Source: an uncultured Haliangium sp.
Lineage (GTDB): Bacteria; Myxococcota_A; Polyangia; HGW-17
Length of the DNA stretch: 64,000 nucleotides
Reading direction: 5' to 3'
Assembly: GCA_964601905.1 (NCBI GenBank)
Contig: CAZRPN010000008.1
Span: forward strand, 87-64,086
Below, in pieces: positions 37,822-46,047 of this stretch. The position numbers were made by a program, and so were the translations under genes. How positions within the stretch are numbered: the first letter of the stretch is position 1; each line of letters starts with the position of its first letter. Under the pieces are notes generated by a model. That model worked only from the letters and a program-made list of their open reading frames with translations, ran no database searches and was not told where the DNA came from.

Positions 37822-37850
37822 TTGACTTCCGGCGGTCCCCTGGCGATAGT
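37822..37850 (+). promoter_or_regulatory. sigma-70-like promoter (TTGACT-17 nt-GATAGT) ending 6 nt before the kinase-STAND ATG; implies a leaderless or near-leaderless mRNA
   Basis: TTGACT at 37822-37827, GATAGT at 37845-37850, ATG at 37857. No SD sequence in between. Confidence 0.35.
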
Positions 37851-37856
37851 CGCAGG

Positions 37857-40800
37857 ATGGCCCCAATGCAATCCTTCCACGGAAACCAGCGATTCAAGGT
37901 GCTCTCGATGCTGGGACGCGGCGGCATGGGTGTGGTGTACGAGGTCTACGACAGGGAGCGCAAGGCGAAGGTCGCCGTCAAGACCCTCAATGAGGGCAGT
38001 CCGAAGGAGCTGCTGCGCCTGAAGAGCGAGTTCCGGGCCCTGCAGGAGCTCGAGCATCCCAACCTGATCCAGCTGGGGGAACTGTTCGAGGAGGACGGCT
38101 TCTGGTTCTTCACGATGGAATTGATTGACGGGGTCGACTTCCTCACCTATGTCCGCCGGCGGGAGGAAGGCGCCCTCTATCATGAGCGACAGTTGCGACA
38201 ATGCCTGATCCAGCTTGTCGAGGCGCTCGCCTGCCTTCATGCGTCTGATCGCGTCCACCGCGACATCAAACCTGAGAATGTCCTCGTGGAACCCTCGGGG
38301 CGCGTCGTGCTGCTGGACTTCGGTCTGGTCACGCAGACCGATCCGGGCCAACTGAGCCAGGAAGGGAATTTCCCCGTGGGGACGGCCAGCTACATGGCCC
38401 CCGAGCAGGGGGCCTCCCTGCAGGTGGGGCCCGGGGCCGACTGGTACGCGGTGGGCGTGATGCTCTTCGAGGCCCTGACGGGGACCCATCCGTTCACCGG
38501 GACCTTCTCCCAGTTGCTGATCGCCAAGTTCGCCGGTGTCGCGCCGAGGGTCCGGGCGCTGCGTCCTGAGGTGCCCGAGGATCTGGATCACCTGTGCGCG
38601 GTCCTGCTCGAGCATGACCCGGACAAGCGTCCCGGGGCCGAGGAGATCCTTCGACTTCTGAGGCGCGAGGCATTGCCCTCCGTGCGACCCGGAGCTTCGA
38701 TGGGCACGCGGCTGCCCGTGTTCGTGGGGCGTGAGCAGGAGCTGGCCTGGATTCGCGAGGGCCAGTCCGCGGTGGCCGGAACGGGGCTCCAGGTGCGGCT
38801 GATCCATGGCGCATCCGGGCTCGGCAAGAGCGAACTGCTGCGCATGGCGGCCCGCGAGCTGCTGGCCCGCGAACCGCGCGCGCTTCTGCTCTGGGGACGC
38901 TGCAACGAGCGGGAGTCCGTGTCGTACAAGGCCTTCGACGGGGTCGTGGACGCGCTGGGCCGGTTCATGGGCAAGTTGACCGCAGTCGAGCTCGCCCAAC
39001 TGCTGCCCCGCAACGTCGAACCGCTGGCCCGCGTGTTTCCGGTGCTGTCCTTCATGCGCGACGTGGCGACCGTCACGGGGAGGTCCCGCCAGGCGGCTGA
39101 CCCGCAGGAGGTCCGTTCGCAGGCCTTCGGGGCCCTGCGGGAGCTGGTCTCGCGGCTCGCGGATCGCCGACCGGTGATGATCGTGCTCGACGACATCCAG
39201 TGGGTCGACGAGGACAGCCTCAAGCTGCTGCGCGCGCTGGTGCAGCCGCCGGACGAACCGGCCGTCCTTGTCGTGATGGGTATGCGCACGCCCGTCGAGC
39301 CCGAGGAGGCCTCGGCGCTGGTGGGCAGCTTCTGCGGGCAGCTGCCCTTTGTACCGCCGCAGCTGGGGCTTGGGCCATTGCCGCCGGTCGCAGCGGGGGA
39401 TCTGGTTCGCGAACTGCTGACCACCGAGGAGCTGCGATCGCCCGGGGACTTCGGGCAGGTGCTGTCCATCGCCCAGGAGTCGGCGGGGCATCCCCTGTTC
39501 ATCCACGAGCTGGTGCGTCATCTCCGGTCGCGGGAGGCCGGTGGTTTCAGTGGAGAACTGCGGCTGGATGATGTGCTCTGGGAACGCATCCGCACCCTCG
39601 AGGACGCTTCGCGTCATCTGGTGGAGCTGGTCTCCGTCTCGTTCGGTCCCCTGCGTCAGGCGCTGGCCGCGCAGGTCCTGGGCATGAATCCGGCGGATGT
39701 CTTCCGGCTGGCCGCGCGCCTGAAGATCCAGCATCTGGTGCACACCAGCGGCCCCAAGGATGAGGATCTGCTCGAGCCCTACCACGACCGTGTCCGGGAG
39801 GCCGTCTGGGCCCGCATGGATTCCGAGGAGAAACTGAGGTGGCACCGCCTGCTCGTGACGGTCCTTCGGAGTTCGAGGTACACGGAGCCGGAGCGGCTGG
39901 CCGCGCACCTGGAGGTCATCGGTCTGCACGAGGAGGCGTCCGGTCTCTATGCAGAGGCTGCCGAACGGGCCGTCGCGAAGCTGGCCTTCGATCGGGCCGC
40001 CGGGCTCTTCGCGCGCGCGATCACCCTGCTGCCCGTCACCGAGGACGGTTCGACGGAGAAGCTCCTCCGTGGCCTGAGGGTGCGGATGGGCCACGCGCTG
40101 TCGGTCGCCGGACGCGGCCGGGAGGCTGCGCATGTCCTGCTCGCGGCGGTGCCGGGCGCGCGCGCCGCCGAGGCCCTGGACCTGCGTCGGAGGGCCGCCG
40201 AGCAGCTGCTGATCTCGGGCTTCCTGGATGAGGGGTTCGAGTTGAGCGGGCAGGTGCTCCGGTCGCTGGGTCTTCATCTGCCGCGCACGACCCTGGGGGC
40301 GGTGGCTTCCCTCGCCTGGCGACGTCTCCTGGTGCGGCTGCGGGGCACACGTTTCCGTGAGCGTGACGAGACGCAGATCTCGCAGACGGACCTCGTCAAC
40401 GTCGACATCCTGCACTCGATCTCCCGCGGGCTGTCCATGACCGACCACATCCGCGGGGCGGACTTCACCACCCGCTTCCTTCTGGCCGCGCTGCGGATCG
40501 GGGAGCCCGGGCGTGTCCTGGCGGCCATGACGATCGAGGCGAACAACGCGTCCGGCATGGCCCCGGGTTCTGCGTATTCACGCCGGATTCTGGCCTCCTG
40601 CGACAAGATGCTGGAGCAGCGGCATGACGCCGTGGCGGAATTCTACCTGAACGCGGCCCACGGCATCAGGCACTTCATGACCGGGGAGTGGTCGAGGGCC
40701 CGCGTGCTCTTCGACGCCTGCATCGAGCACTCCGCCGGGCTCTGTGGGATGGCGTGGGAGCGGGGTCTGGTTCATTTCCAGTTGATGTGGTCGCTGTTCT

Positions 40801-41543
40801 ACCTGGGCGAACTGGCCGAGATGCACCGTCGCATCCCGCCGCTCTTGCAGGACGCCCGCGACCGGGGGGATCTCTTCACGGTCTCGGGGTTGACCCTGGG
40901 GCTCAACAACATCGTGTTCCTCGATCGCGACGGCCCCCAACGCGCCGAACACGAGATCCGAGAAGTGCTGTCCCGCTGGACCGTGCGTGGTTACCACCTG
41001 CAGCACTATTGGGCCCTGCTCTCGCGGGTGCATGTTCATCTGTACAGTCGCCAGGACGAGGACACGCTCGAGATCATCCGGCACGACTGGAAGGCCCTGA
41101 AAAACTCGTTCTTGCTGCATGTGCCGGCGATCCGCAGCGAGAGCTTGATCCTGCTCGGCCGGAGCCTGCTGGCCCACGCCCTGACCCAGGGGGGCAAGAC
41201 CCGTCGGGACAAGCTGGCCAGGGTCCCCGGTCACGCCGCCGCGCTGCTGCGGAGCAAGGTCGCCTGGAGCCGTGCCCTCGGGGGGCTCCTCGAGGCGGCC
41301 TACCTGGTGCAGTCAGGACTCGAGGAGCCGGCCCGGAGGCGACTTGCCTCGGCCATCGGGGAGCTCGACGCCTGCGAGATGCGGCTCTATGCGGCGGCCG
41401 CCCGCATCCGGCTGGGAAGACTCGAGGGCGGTCAGGCCGGCGCAGCCCTGGTTGAACAGGGCAGGGCCTTCATGCATCAGCAGGGTGTCAAAAACGAATC
41501 TGGCATGCTGCAGGTGCTCGCCCCCGGCTTCGACGAACCCTGA
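37857..41543 (+). CDS. Ser/Thr protein kinase fused to a STAND/AAA_16-type P-loop NTPase and a long TPR-like helical C-terminal region (1228 aa)
   Basis: Kinase: GRGGMGVVYEV, VAVK, HRDIKPENVL, DFGL, YMAPEQ. Walker A GASGLGKS (38808-38831). Walker B VMIVLDDIQWVD. About 750 aa of helical repeats after the NTPase. Confidence 0.92.
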   Translation: MAPMQSFHGNQRFKVLSMLGRGGMGVVYEVYDRERKAKVAVKTLNEGSPKELLRLKSEFRALQELEHPNLIQLGELFEEDGFWFFTMELIDGVDFLTYVRRREEGALYHERQLRQCLIQLVEALACLHASDRVHRDIKPENVLVEPSGRVVLLDFGLVTQTDPGQLSQEGNFPVGTASYMAPEQGASLQVGPGADWYAVGVMLFEALTGTHPFTGTFSQLLIAKFAGVAPRVRALRPEVPEDLDHLCAVLLEHDPDKRPGAEEILRLLRREALPSVRPGASMGTRLPVFVGREQELAWIREGQSAVAGTGLQVRLIHGASGLGKSELLRMAARELLAREPRALLLWGRCNERESVSYKAFDGVVDALGRFMGKLTAVELAQLLPRNVEPLARVFPVLSFMRDVATVTGRSRQAADPQEVRSQAFGALRELVSRLADRRPVMIVLDDIQWVDEDSLKLLRALVQPPDEPAVLVVMGMRTPVEPEEASALVGSFCGQLPFVPPQLGLGPLPPVAAGDLVRELLTTEELRSPGDFGQVLSIAQESAGHPLFIHELVRHLRSREAGGFSGELRLDDVLWERIRTLEDASRHLVELVSVSFGPLRQALAAQVLGMNPADVFRLAARLKIQHLVHTSGPKDEDLLEPYHDRVREAVWARMDSEEKLRWHRLLVTVLRSSRYTEPERLAAHLEVIGLHEEASGLYAEAAERAVAKLAFDRAAGLFARAITLLPVTEDGSTEKLLRGLRVRMGHALSVAGRGREAAHVLLAAVPGARAAEALDLRRRAAEQLLISGFLDEGFELSGQVLRSLGLHLPRTTLGAVASLAWRRLLVRLRGTRFRERDETQISQTDLVNVDILHSISRGLSMTDHIRGADFTTRFLLAALRIGEPGRVLAAMTIEANNASGMAPGSAYSRRILASCDKMLEQRHDAVAEFYLNAAHGIRHFMTGEWSRARVLFDACIEHSAGLCGMAWERGLVHFQLMWSLFYLGELAEMHRRIPPLLQDARDRGDLFTVSGLTLGLNNIVFLDRDGPQRAEHEIREVLSRWTVRGYHLQHYWALLSRVHVHLYSRQDEDTLEIIRHDWKALKNSFLLHVPAIRSESLILLGRSLLAHALTQGGKTRRDKLARVPGHAAALLRSKVAWSRALGGLLEAAYLVQSGLEEPARRRLASAIGELDACEMRLYAAAARIRLGRLEGGQAGAALVEQGRAFMHQQGVKNESGMLQVLAPGFDEP

Positions 41544-41552
41544 CAACTCGGA

Positions 41553-41702
41553 TGAAGAAAAGAGACTACGGAGAAGACGGAGGGGGAGCGGAGAAGACGG
41601 AGGGGGAGCGGAGAAGACGGAGCGTTGATCCGGGAGGAACCTCGTCAAGACCCCAGGCCTCAGTCTTTTCCGTTATGAATCTGTCTTTTCCGCAGTCTCT
41701 TC
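41553..41702 (+). repeat. copy B of the quasi-palindromic intergenic repeat element (150 bp), 10 nt after the kinase-STAND stop, between convergent genes
   Basis: TGAAGAAAAGAGACTACGGAGAAGACGG. 2.7 tandem 20-mers GGAGAAGACGGAGGGGGAGC at 41570-41624. Terminal TTTTCCGCAGTCTCTTC. Confidence 0.8.
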
Positions 41703-41729
41703 AGATGAGGGCGAAAGCAGGGGAGGGGA

Positions 41730-42527
41730 CTAGAAGTGGGTGGAGACGCCCAGGCGGAAGTTCACCGCGCCGTTGTTGAGCGCGGAGGAGGGGATGCCCG
41801 GGGCGAGCTGCTCGTTGATCGGACCGGTGCCGATCTCCTCGCCGCCGACGGCGCCCATTCCGGTCACCTCGACGTTGAGAGACAGCCAGGGGGTCAGACG
41901 CCACTCCACGCCACCGCCGACCTCGAGGTTGGTCTGGGAGATGGACTGGGACTCCCAGGTGATGTCGTTGGAGAACGTGATGTTGTTGACCGTCAGACCG
42001 CCCTTGACGTACAGGTTCATGCCTACGGCCTGCGCCGGGCTCAGGTAGAACAGGCCGGCCACGCCGACGCGGGAGTCGGTGCGGTAGGCGACCTCGTTGC
42101 AGTTGGTGCACGAGTTGAGGCTGCCCACGTGACCTTCGATGGCGAACTGCGAGGAGAGCAGGTAGCGGGCATACACGCCGCCGCCGACCAGGCCTCCGTC
42201 GTCATAGGAAGAACTGTCCATCATGACGCCCAGCGTCAGGCGGGGCACGAACTGCTCCTGCGGGGCCATGATCGCGGCCGGAGGCGGGGGAAGCGTGCGC
42301 TGCACGGGCTGCTGCACGATCACCGGCTGCTGGATGTACACCGGACGGACCACGCGACGGCGCACCACGTAGACCGGGGGCGGGGGCGGGCAGGGAATCA
42401 TGACGCCCACGCCGATGGGGCCGACGCCGATGAGGCCGCCACCGCAGACCTGGGCGCTGGCGAAGTCGACAAAAGTAAAGGAAGCCAATACAAGGGAAAC
42501 CAGAAGGGTTGAAGTGACGTGTCTCAT
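41730..42527 (-). CDS. outer-membrane beta-barrel protein with Pro-rich N-terminal segment
   Basis: GGAGG RBS 8 nt upstream of the ATG at 42527. Signal peptide MRHVTSTLLVSLVLASFTFVDFASA. Alternating beta-strand pattern. C-terminal ...NFRLGVSTHF (terminal Phe). Confidence 0.85.
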   Translation of the reverse strand: MRHVTSTLLVSLVLASFTFVDFASAQVCGGGLIGVGPIGVGVMIPCPPPPPVYVVRRRVVRPVYIQQPVIVQQPVQRTLPPPPAAIMAPQEQFVPRLTLGVMMDSSSYDDGGLVGGGVYARYLLSSQFAIEGHVGSLNSCTNCNEVAYRTDSRVGVAGLFYLSPAQAVGMNLYVKGGLTVNNITFSNDITWESQSISQTNLEVGGGVEWRLTPWLSLNVEVTGMGAVGGEEIGTGPINEQLAPGIPSSALNNGAVNFRLGVSTHF

Positions 42528-42559
42528 GATAAAAACCTCCAATCGTCGGTCAACCTTAC

Positions 42560-42574
42560 GCAACAGCCGTGCCA
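42560..42574 (-). promoter_or_regulatory. sigma-54 (-24/-12) promoter TGGCACGGCTGTTGC upstream of the OMP gene
   Basis: Minus-strand TGGCAC-N5-TTGC matches the consensus exactly in GG/GC spacing. Lies 33-47 nt upstream of the ATG at 42527. Confidence 0.5.
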
Positions 42575-42759
42575 ATGGGCACTATAGCCCAAAATCGGGG
42601 TTTGTCAGGTGGTTTTTTCCATTGGAAGAACGGGAAACCACTTTGCTCCGGAGGAAAATTCTTGGTTTTTCAAGGGAAATCGAAAAAATGCGACTTTGCC
42701 GGTCCCGATGGATGTTAACGGGCGAAGATAAATAAATTAACCGGGGTGTGAAGGTTCGT

Positions 42760-44472
42760 TCACGGACCGTTGCCGGTCGGTGGGGTCGGAGCCGGTACAG
42801 TCAGGAGGATCTTCCACCAGGAACCGCCGAAGGGATCTGCACTGCCCATCAGTTTGTCCCTGGCCGCCTGTTGATTCCCGCCGTGTGCGATCTTCTGGGC
42901 GGCGAGGGGATCCTCGGCGCAGGGAATGTAGCCCGGGAAGGCCGAGAGCTTGCCCTCCCACTCGGCGACCAGCGCCTGGGCCTGGGCCAGCCGGTCGGAC
43001 ACGGCGGTCGCGAACGGTCCCGGGGCCTGGCGCAGCGTCTCCAGGATCATCTGCATCCTGTACATCCGGCGCGCGAGGTTGCGGGCCAGGGGGTAGGTGC
43101 CGCGGTCCAGCGTCGCCGGGAACAGTTCCCGCAGCCGGGTCAGCGAGTTGGAGATCTCCTGCACGAAGGCGTTCCAGGGGGCCGCCGGGAGGGTCTGGAC
43201 CTGCAGGACGAGCGTCGGGAGCACCACCGGGTCGACGGGCTTGAGGCGGGCGATGTCGCCCACGGGCAGCGGCCGGTTCAGGAACTCCGACAGCAGCGCG
43301 GTCTGGACCACTGAAGGATACTGATCGTGACGGTTCTGCCGGCGACGAAGCTCGAAGGCGGCCAGGATCGCGCCGCGGTCGGGCCAGCGGGCGAGCCACT
43401 GCCGGCAGGCGTCGGCGGCCGGCCAGGAGATGGCGGGATCCGGATGTCCCACGCGCGACAGCAGCAGCGCGAAGGCCCGCGGCTCTGGCCGGTGCGACAG
43501 GGAGCGCAGCACCACCCAGACGGTGTGCGGATCCTCGACCTGCAGGGCGACCTCGAGGGTGCGCAGGGCCGGCAGCGGGCGGAAGGGCCCGGCCGCGCGC
43601 ACGGTTTCGGCCAGGCGGTCGCGGACCGGGGGGGAAAGTTTCTTCCAGTACGCGATGGCGGCCGGCCAGGTCGGCGCGCAGTGCCCGGGCGCCGCGTCGC
43701 ACAACTGTCCCAGCGACTCGAGATCCAGCGACCACAGGGCAGCCTCGAGGTGGGCGGCCAGGGACACGCGCACCAGCTCCGGTGGGAGGCTTCCACCGCC
43801 GCGCAGCAGCTCAACCACGGAGGAGGTCTCCCCCGACACCAGGATCTCGGCGCGCTCCCACTCCCGCAGCAGCTCCAGCGCCCGCTTGCCCGTCGGGCTC
43901 TTGGGATGGTTCAGGGCGAACATGCGCAGCACCTCGGGGTCCGGCTCCGGTCCGAGCTTCTCGAAGATCGTCTTGGCCAGCAGTTCCTGTGCCTGGGCCT
44001 CGTGGATCCCTCCCGGGAACACCTCGAGATATTGCTTGAGCCCCCGCAAGGAGGGGGCAGCCTCCAGGGTCTTCCACCAGGTGTCCGCCAGGCGCGCGCG
44101 GATGCCCGCGGCCTCCTTCGCGTCCTGGTGAAGGTACAGGAACCGAAGCAGGGACCAGGGCGAGTCCTCTTCCAGCGCGCGCGCCGCCCGCAGTTCGATC
44201 ATCCGCTGGCGCACCTGGGCGGAGTGGGTGCCCGTGGGATGCGCCTGCAGGTGAAGTTGCAGGGCCGCGAGGCTGTCGGCCGCCAGGGCCTGCCGCGCAG
44301 ACAGCCGTTCCAGGTGCAGCCGCGCGATCTGGGCCTCCTCGGTTCCCGGGTGCTCCAGGATGTAACCGCGCAGCGCCGGGATCGTGGGGTTGGAGGAGAC
44401 CCGCTCCCAGGTGTCCGTGCGCGCAGCGCAGGCCATGGGAAGCAGCAGCAGGATCAACGGGAGGTGTTTCAT
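42760..44472 (-). CDS. secreted/lipoprotein helical-repeat protein (TPR/HEAT-like), function unknown
   Basis: ATG at 44472 overlaps the nadC stop (ATGA). Signal MKHLPLILLLLPMACAA. Helical repeat composition. The ORF-track extension to 45744 is out of frame with nadC/CPBP and non-coding-like. Confidence 0.75.
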   Translation of the reverse strand: MKHLPLILLLLPMACAARTDTWERVSSNPTIPALRGYILEHPGTEEAQIARLHLERLSARQALAADSLAALQLHLQAHPTGTHSAQVRQRMIELRAARALEEDSPWSLLRFLYLHQDAKEAAGIRARLADTWWKTLEAAPSLRGLKQYLEVFPGGIHEAQAQELLAKTIFEKLGPEPDPEVLRMFALNHPKSPTGKRALELLREWERAEILVSGETSSVVELLRGGGSLPPELVRVSLAAHLEAALWSLDLESLGQLCDAAPGHCAPTWPAAIAYWKKLSPPVRDRLAETVRAAGPFRPLPALRTLEVALQVEDPHTVWVVLRSLSHRPEPRAFALLLSRVGHPDPAISWPAADACRQWLARWPDRGAILAAFELRRRQNRHDQYPSVVQTALLSEFLNRPLPVGDIARLKPVDPVVLPTLVLQVQTLPAAPWNAFVQEISNSLTRLRELFPATLDRGTYPLARNLARRMYRMQMILETLRQAPGPFATAVSDRLAQAQALVAEWEGKLSAFPGYIPCAEDPLAAQKIAHGGNQQAARDKLMGSADPFGGSWWKILLTVPAPTPPTGNGP

Positions 44473-45314
44473 CGGTTCACCTGAATCTTCATGGAGAGAT
44501 CGACCGCCTGAACGCTGTGGGTGAGCGCTCCCATCGACACGAGATCCGCGCCGAGGTCCAGATAGTCGTCCAGGTTGGTGCCCGTGACGCCCCCGGAGAT
44601 CTCGAACGAGGCGCGGCCACGGTGCTGCCCGCAGATCTGCCGGATGGTCTCCGGAGTCATGTTGTCCAGCAGCAGGATCTCGGCGCCGGCGGCCACGGCC
44701 TCGTCGGCTTCGGACCCGGTGCGCACCTCGACCTCGATCTTCAACCCGTGCGGAATGGTCCGGCGGACGCGGGCGACGGCCTCGGTGATCGAGCCGCAGG
44801 CGTCGATGTGGTTGTCCTTGATCAGCACGCCGGAGCTGAGGCTGAAGCGGTGGTTTCCGCAACCGCCGACGGCCACGGCGTACTTCTGCAGGTGCCGCCA
44901 GCCGGGCAGCGTCTTGCGCGTGTCCACCACGCGGATGGAGCCGCCGGCGCGCTCGGCCAGGTGGCGGGAGACGGTGGCGATGCCGGACAGGTGCTGCAGG
45001 AAGTTCAGGCAGGTCCGCTCCGCGCCCAGCAGGGTCAGCACGCTGCCGGAGAGCTCGGCGACGGTGCGTCCGGCGTGGCAGAAGTCGCCGTCGCTGACAT
45101 GCGCCTTCACCGTGACGGCGCCCTCGAAGCGTTCGAGGATCCAGGGCACCAGCGGCAGGCCGCAGACGACCAGGTCGCTCTTGGCGATCATGCGGGCCGA
45201 GGCGGTGTCGTGTTCTCCGAAGATGGCCTCCGAGGTGAGGTCGCCCTGGGGCAGATCCTCGGCGATGGCGAGGTCGATCAGTTGCCTCACGGCGATGGTG
45301 CGGGACAGATGCAT
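44469..45314 (-). CDS. nadC: nicotinate-nucleotide diphosphorylase (carboxylating)
   Basis: DLTSEAI, ERTCLNFLQHLSGIAT, VDTRKTLPGWR, KYAVAVGGCGNHRFSLS, LLDNM. GGAGG RBS. Confidence 0.94.
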   Translation of the reverse strand: MHLSRTIAVRQLIDLAIAEDLPQGDLTSEAIFGEHDTASARMIAKSDLVVCGLPLVPWILERFEGAVTVKAHVSDGDFCHAGRTVAELSGSVLTLLGAERTCLNFLQHLSGIATVSRHLAERAGGSIRVVDTRKTLPGWRHLQKYAVAVGGCGNHRFSLSSGVLIKDNHIDACGSITEAVARVRRTIPHGLKIEVEVRTGSEADEAVAAGAEILLLDNMTPETIRQICGQHRGRASFEISGGVTGTNLDDYLDLGADLVSMGALTHSVQAVDLSMKIQVNR

Positions 45315-45329
45315 GGGAACCTCCTCGGT

Positions 45330-46040
45330 TTATCCAAAGTACCCCTTCTCCAGGGTCTCCGACAGCACGTTGGCTGCGGTGTGGAACAGGATCGGCGCCC
45401 ACAGTCCGCCGCTGACGGCCGCCAGCACGCCGAAGAGCAGGCCGGGAAAGACCACCGACGCCCGCAGCGGATTGAAGTCGACCAGTGCATGGCCGATGGC
45501 GAAGCAGACCGCCTGCAGGCCGATGGCCAGCGCCAGGCGCCGCGCCGCGGACATCTTGGCCAGGGTCTGCGAACGCACAATCAGCGGCTGCAGGAAGCCG
45601 CGGTAGAAATACTCCTCCGGCAGGGCCACCGCGATGGCATGGATCAGGATCAGGTGGCCGGTGACGGACCACCCGGGAAACCGGAACTCGTGCAGGGCAC
45701 GACAGGAGCGCCCCAGGTTCCAGACCGGCAGCCCGCCCGAGCACAAGGTCCGGAAGTACAACTCATACCCCAGCGCGAACAGGCCGCACACGACCAGCGA
45801 GATCCCGACGCCCCAGAGGAGGCCCCGCAGCGGCGGACCGAACTCCGGGGCCGGAAAACCCGTCCGGTTCTGCCACAGGTGCGGGATCACCAGGAACAGC
45901 ACGGCATAGATCTCGGTCAGGTGGGCGCCCACGAAGGCCACGCGTCCGGCGGCCAGGTACAGGGCCGAGAGCAGGGCCGTGAACACGAGGAAGAGGCCCA
46001 GGATCGCGGTCAGTCTCGGGGAGGTGGCGTCCGGCTGCAT
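45330..46040 (-). CDS. CPBP family intramembrane glutamic endopeptidase (all three motifs intact)
   Basis: EEYFYRG (EExxxR), FAIGHAL (FxxxH), LFHTAANV (HxxxN). About 6-7 TM helices. Confidence 0.85.
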   Translation of the reverse strand: MQPDATSPRLTAILGLFLVFTALLSALYLAAGRVAFVGAHLTEIYAVLFLVIPHLWQNRTGFPAPEFGPPLRGLLWGVGISLVVCGLFALGYELYFRTLCSGGLPVWNLGRSCRALHEFRFPGWSVTGHLILIHAIAVALPEEYFYRGFLQPLIVRSQTLAKMSAARRLALAIGLQAVCFAIGHALVDFNPLRASVVFPGLLFGVLAAVSGGLWAPILFHTAANVLSETLEKGYFG

Positions 46041-46047
46041 CGTCTTG

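Noticed and set aside
37438-38022. ORFs translated across the repeat elements (37438-38022, 41552-41779, 9415-9870, 41272-41628)
   Set aside because: Their Arg/Glu/Gly-rich low-complexity translations arise from the purine repeats. They have no RBS and overlap better-supported genes.
42760-45744. 994-aa and 1311-aa run-on ORFs (42760-45744 and 46048-49983)
   Set aside because: The upstream portions run through nadC/CPBP and the PP2C gene in the wrong frame and look non-coding. Internal ATGs at 44472 and 48363 give signal peptides and overlap the preceding stops as ATGA.
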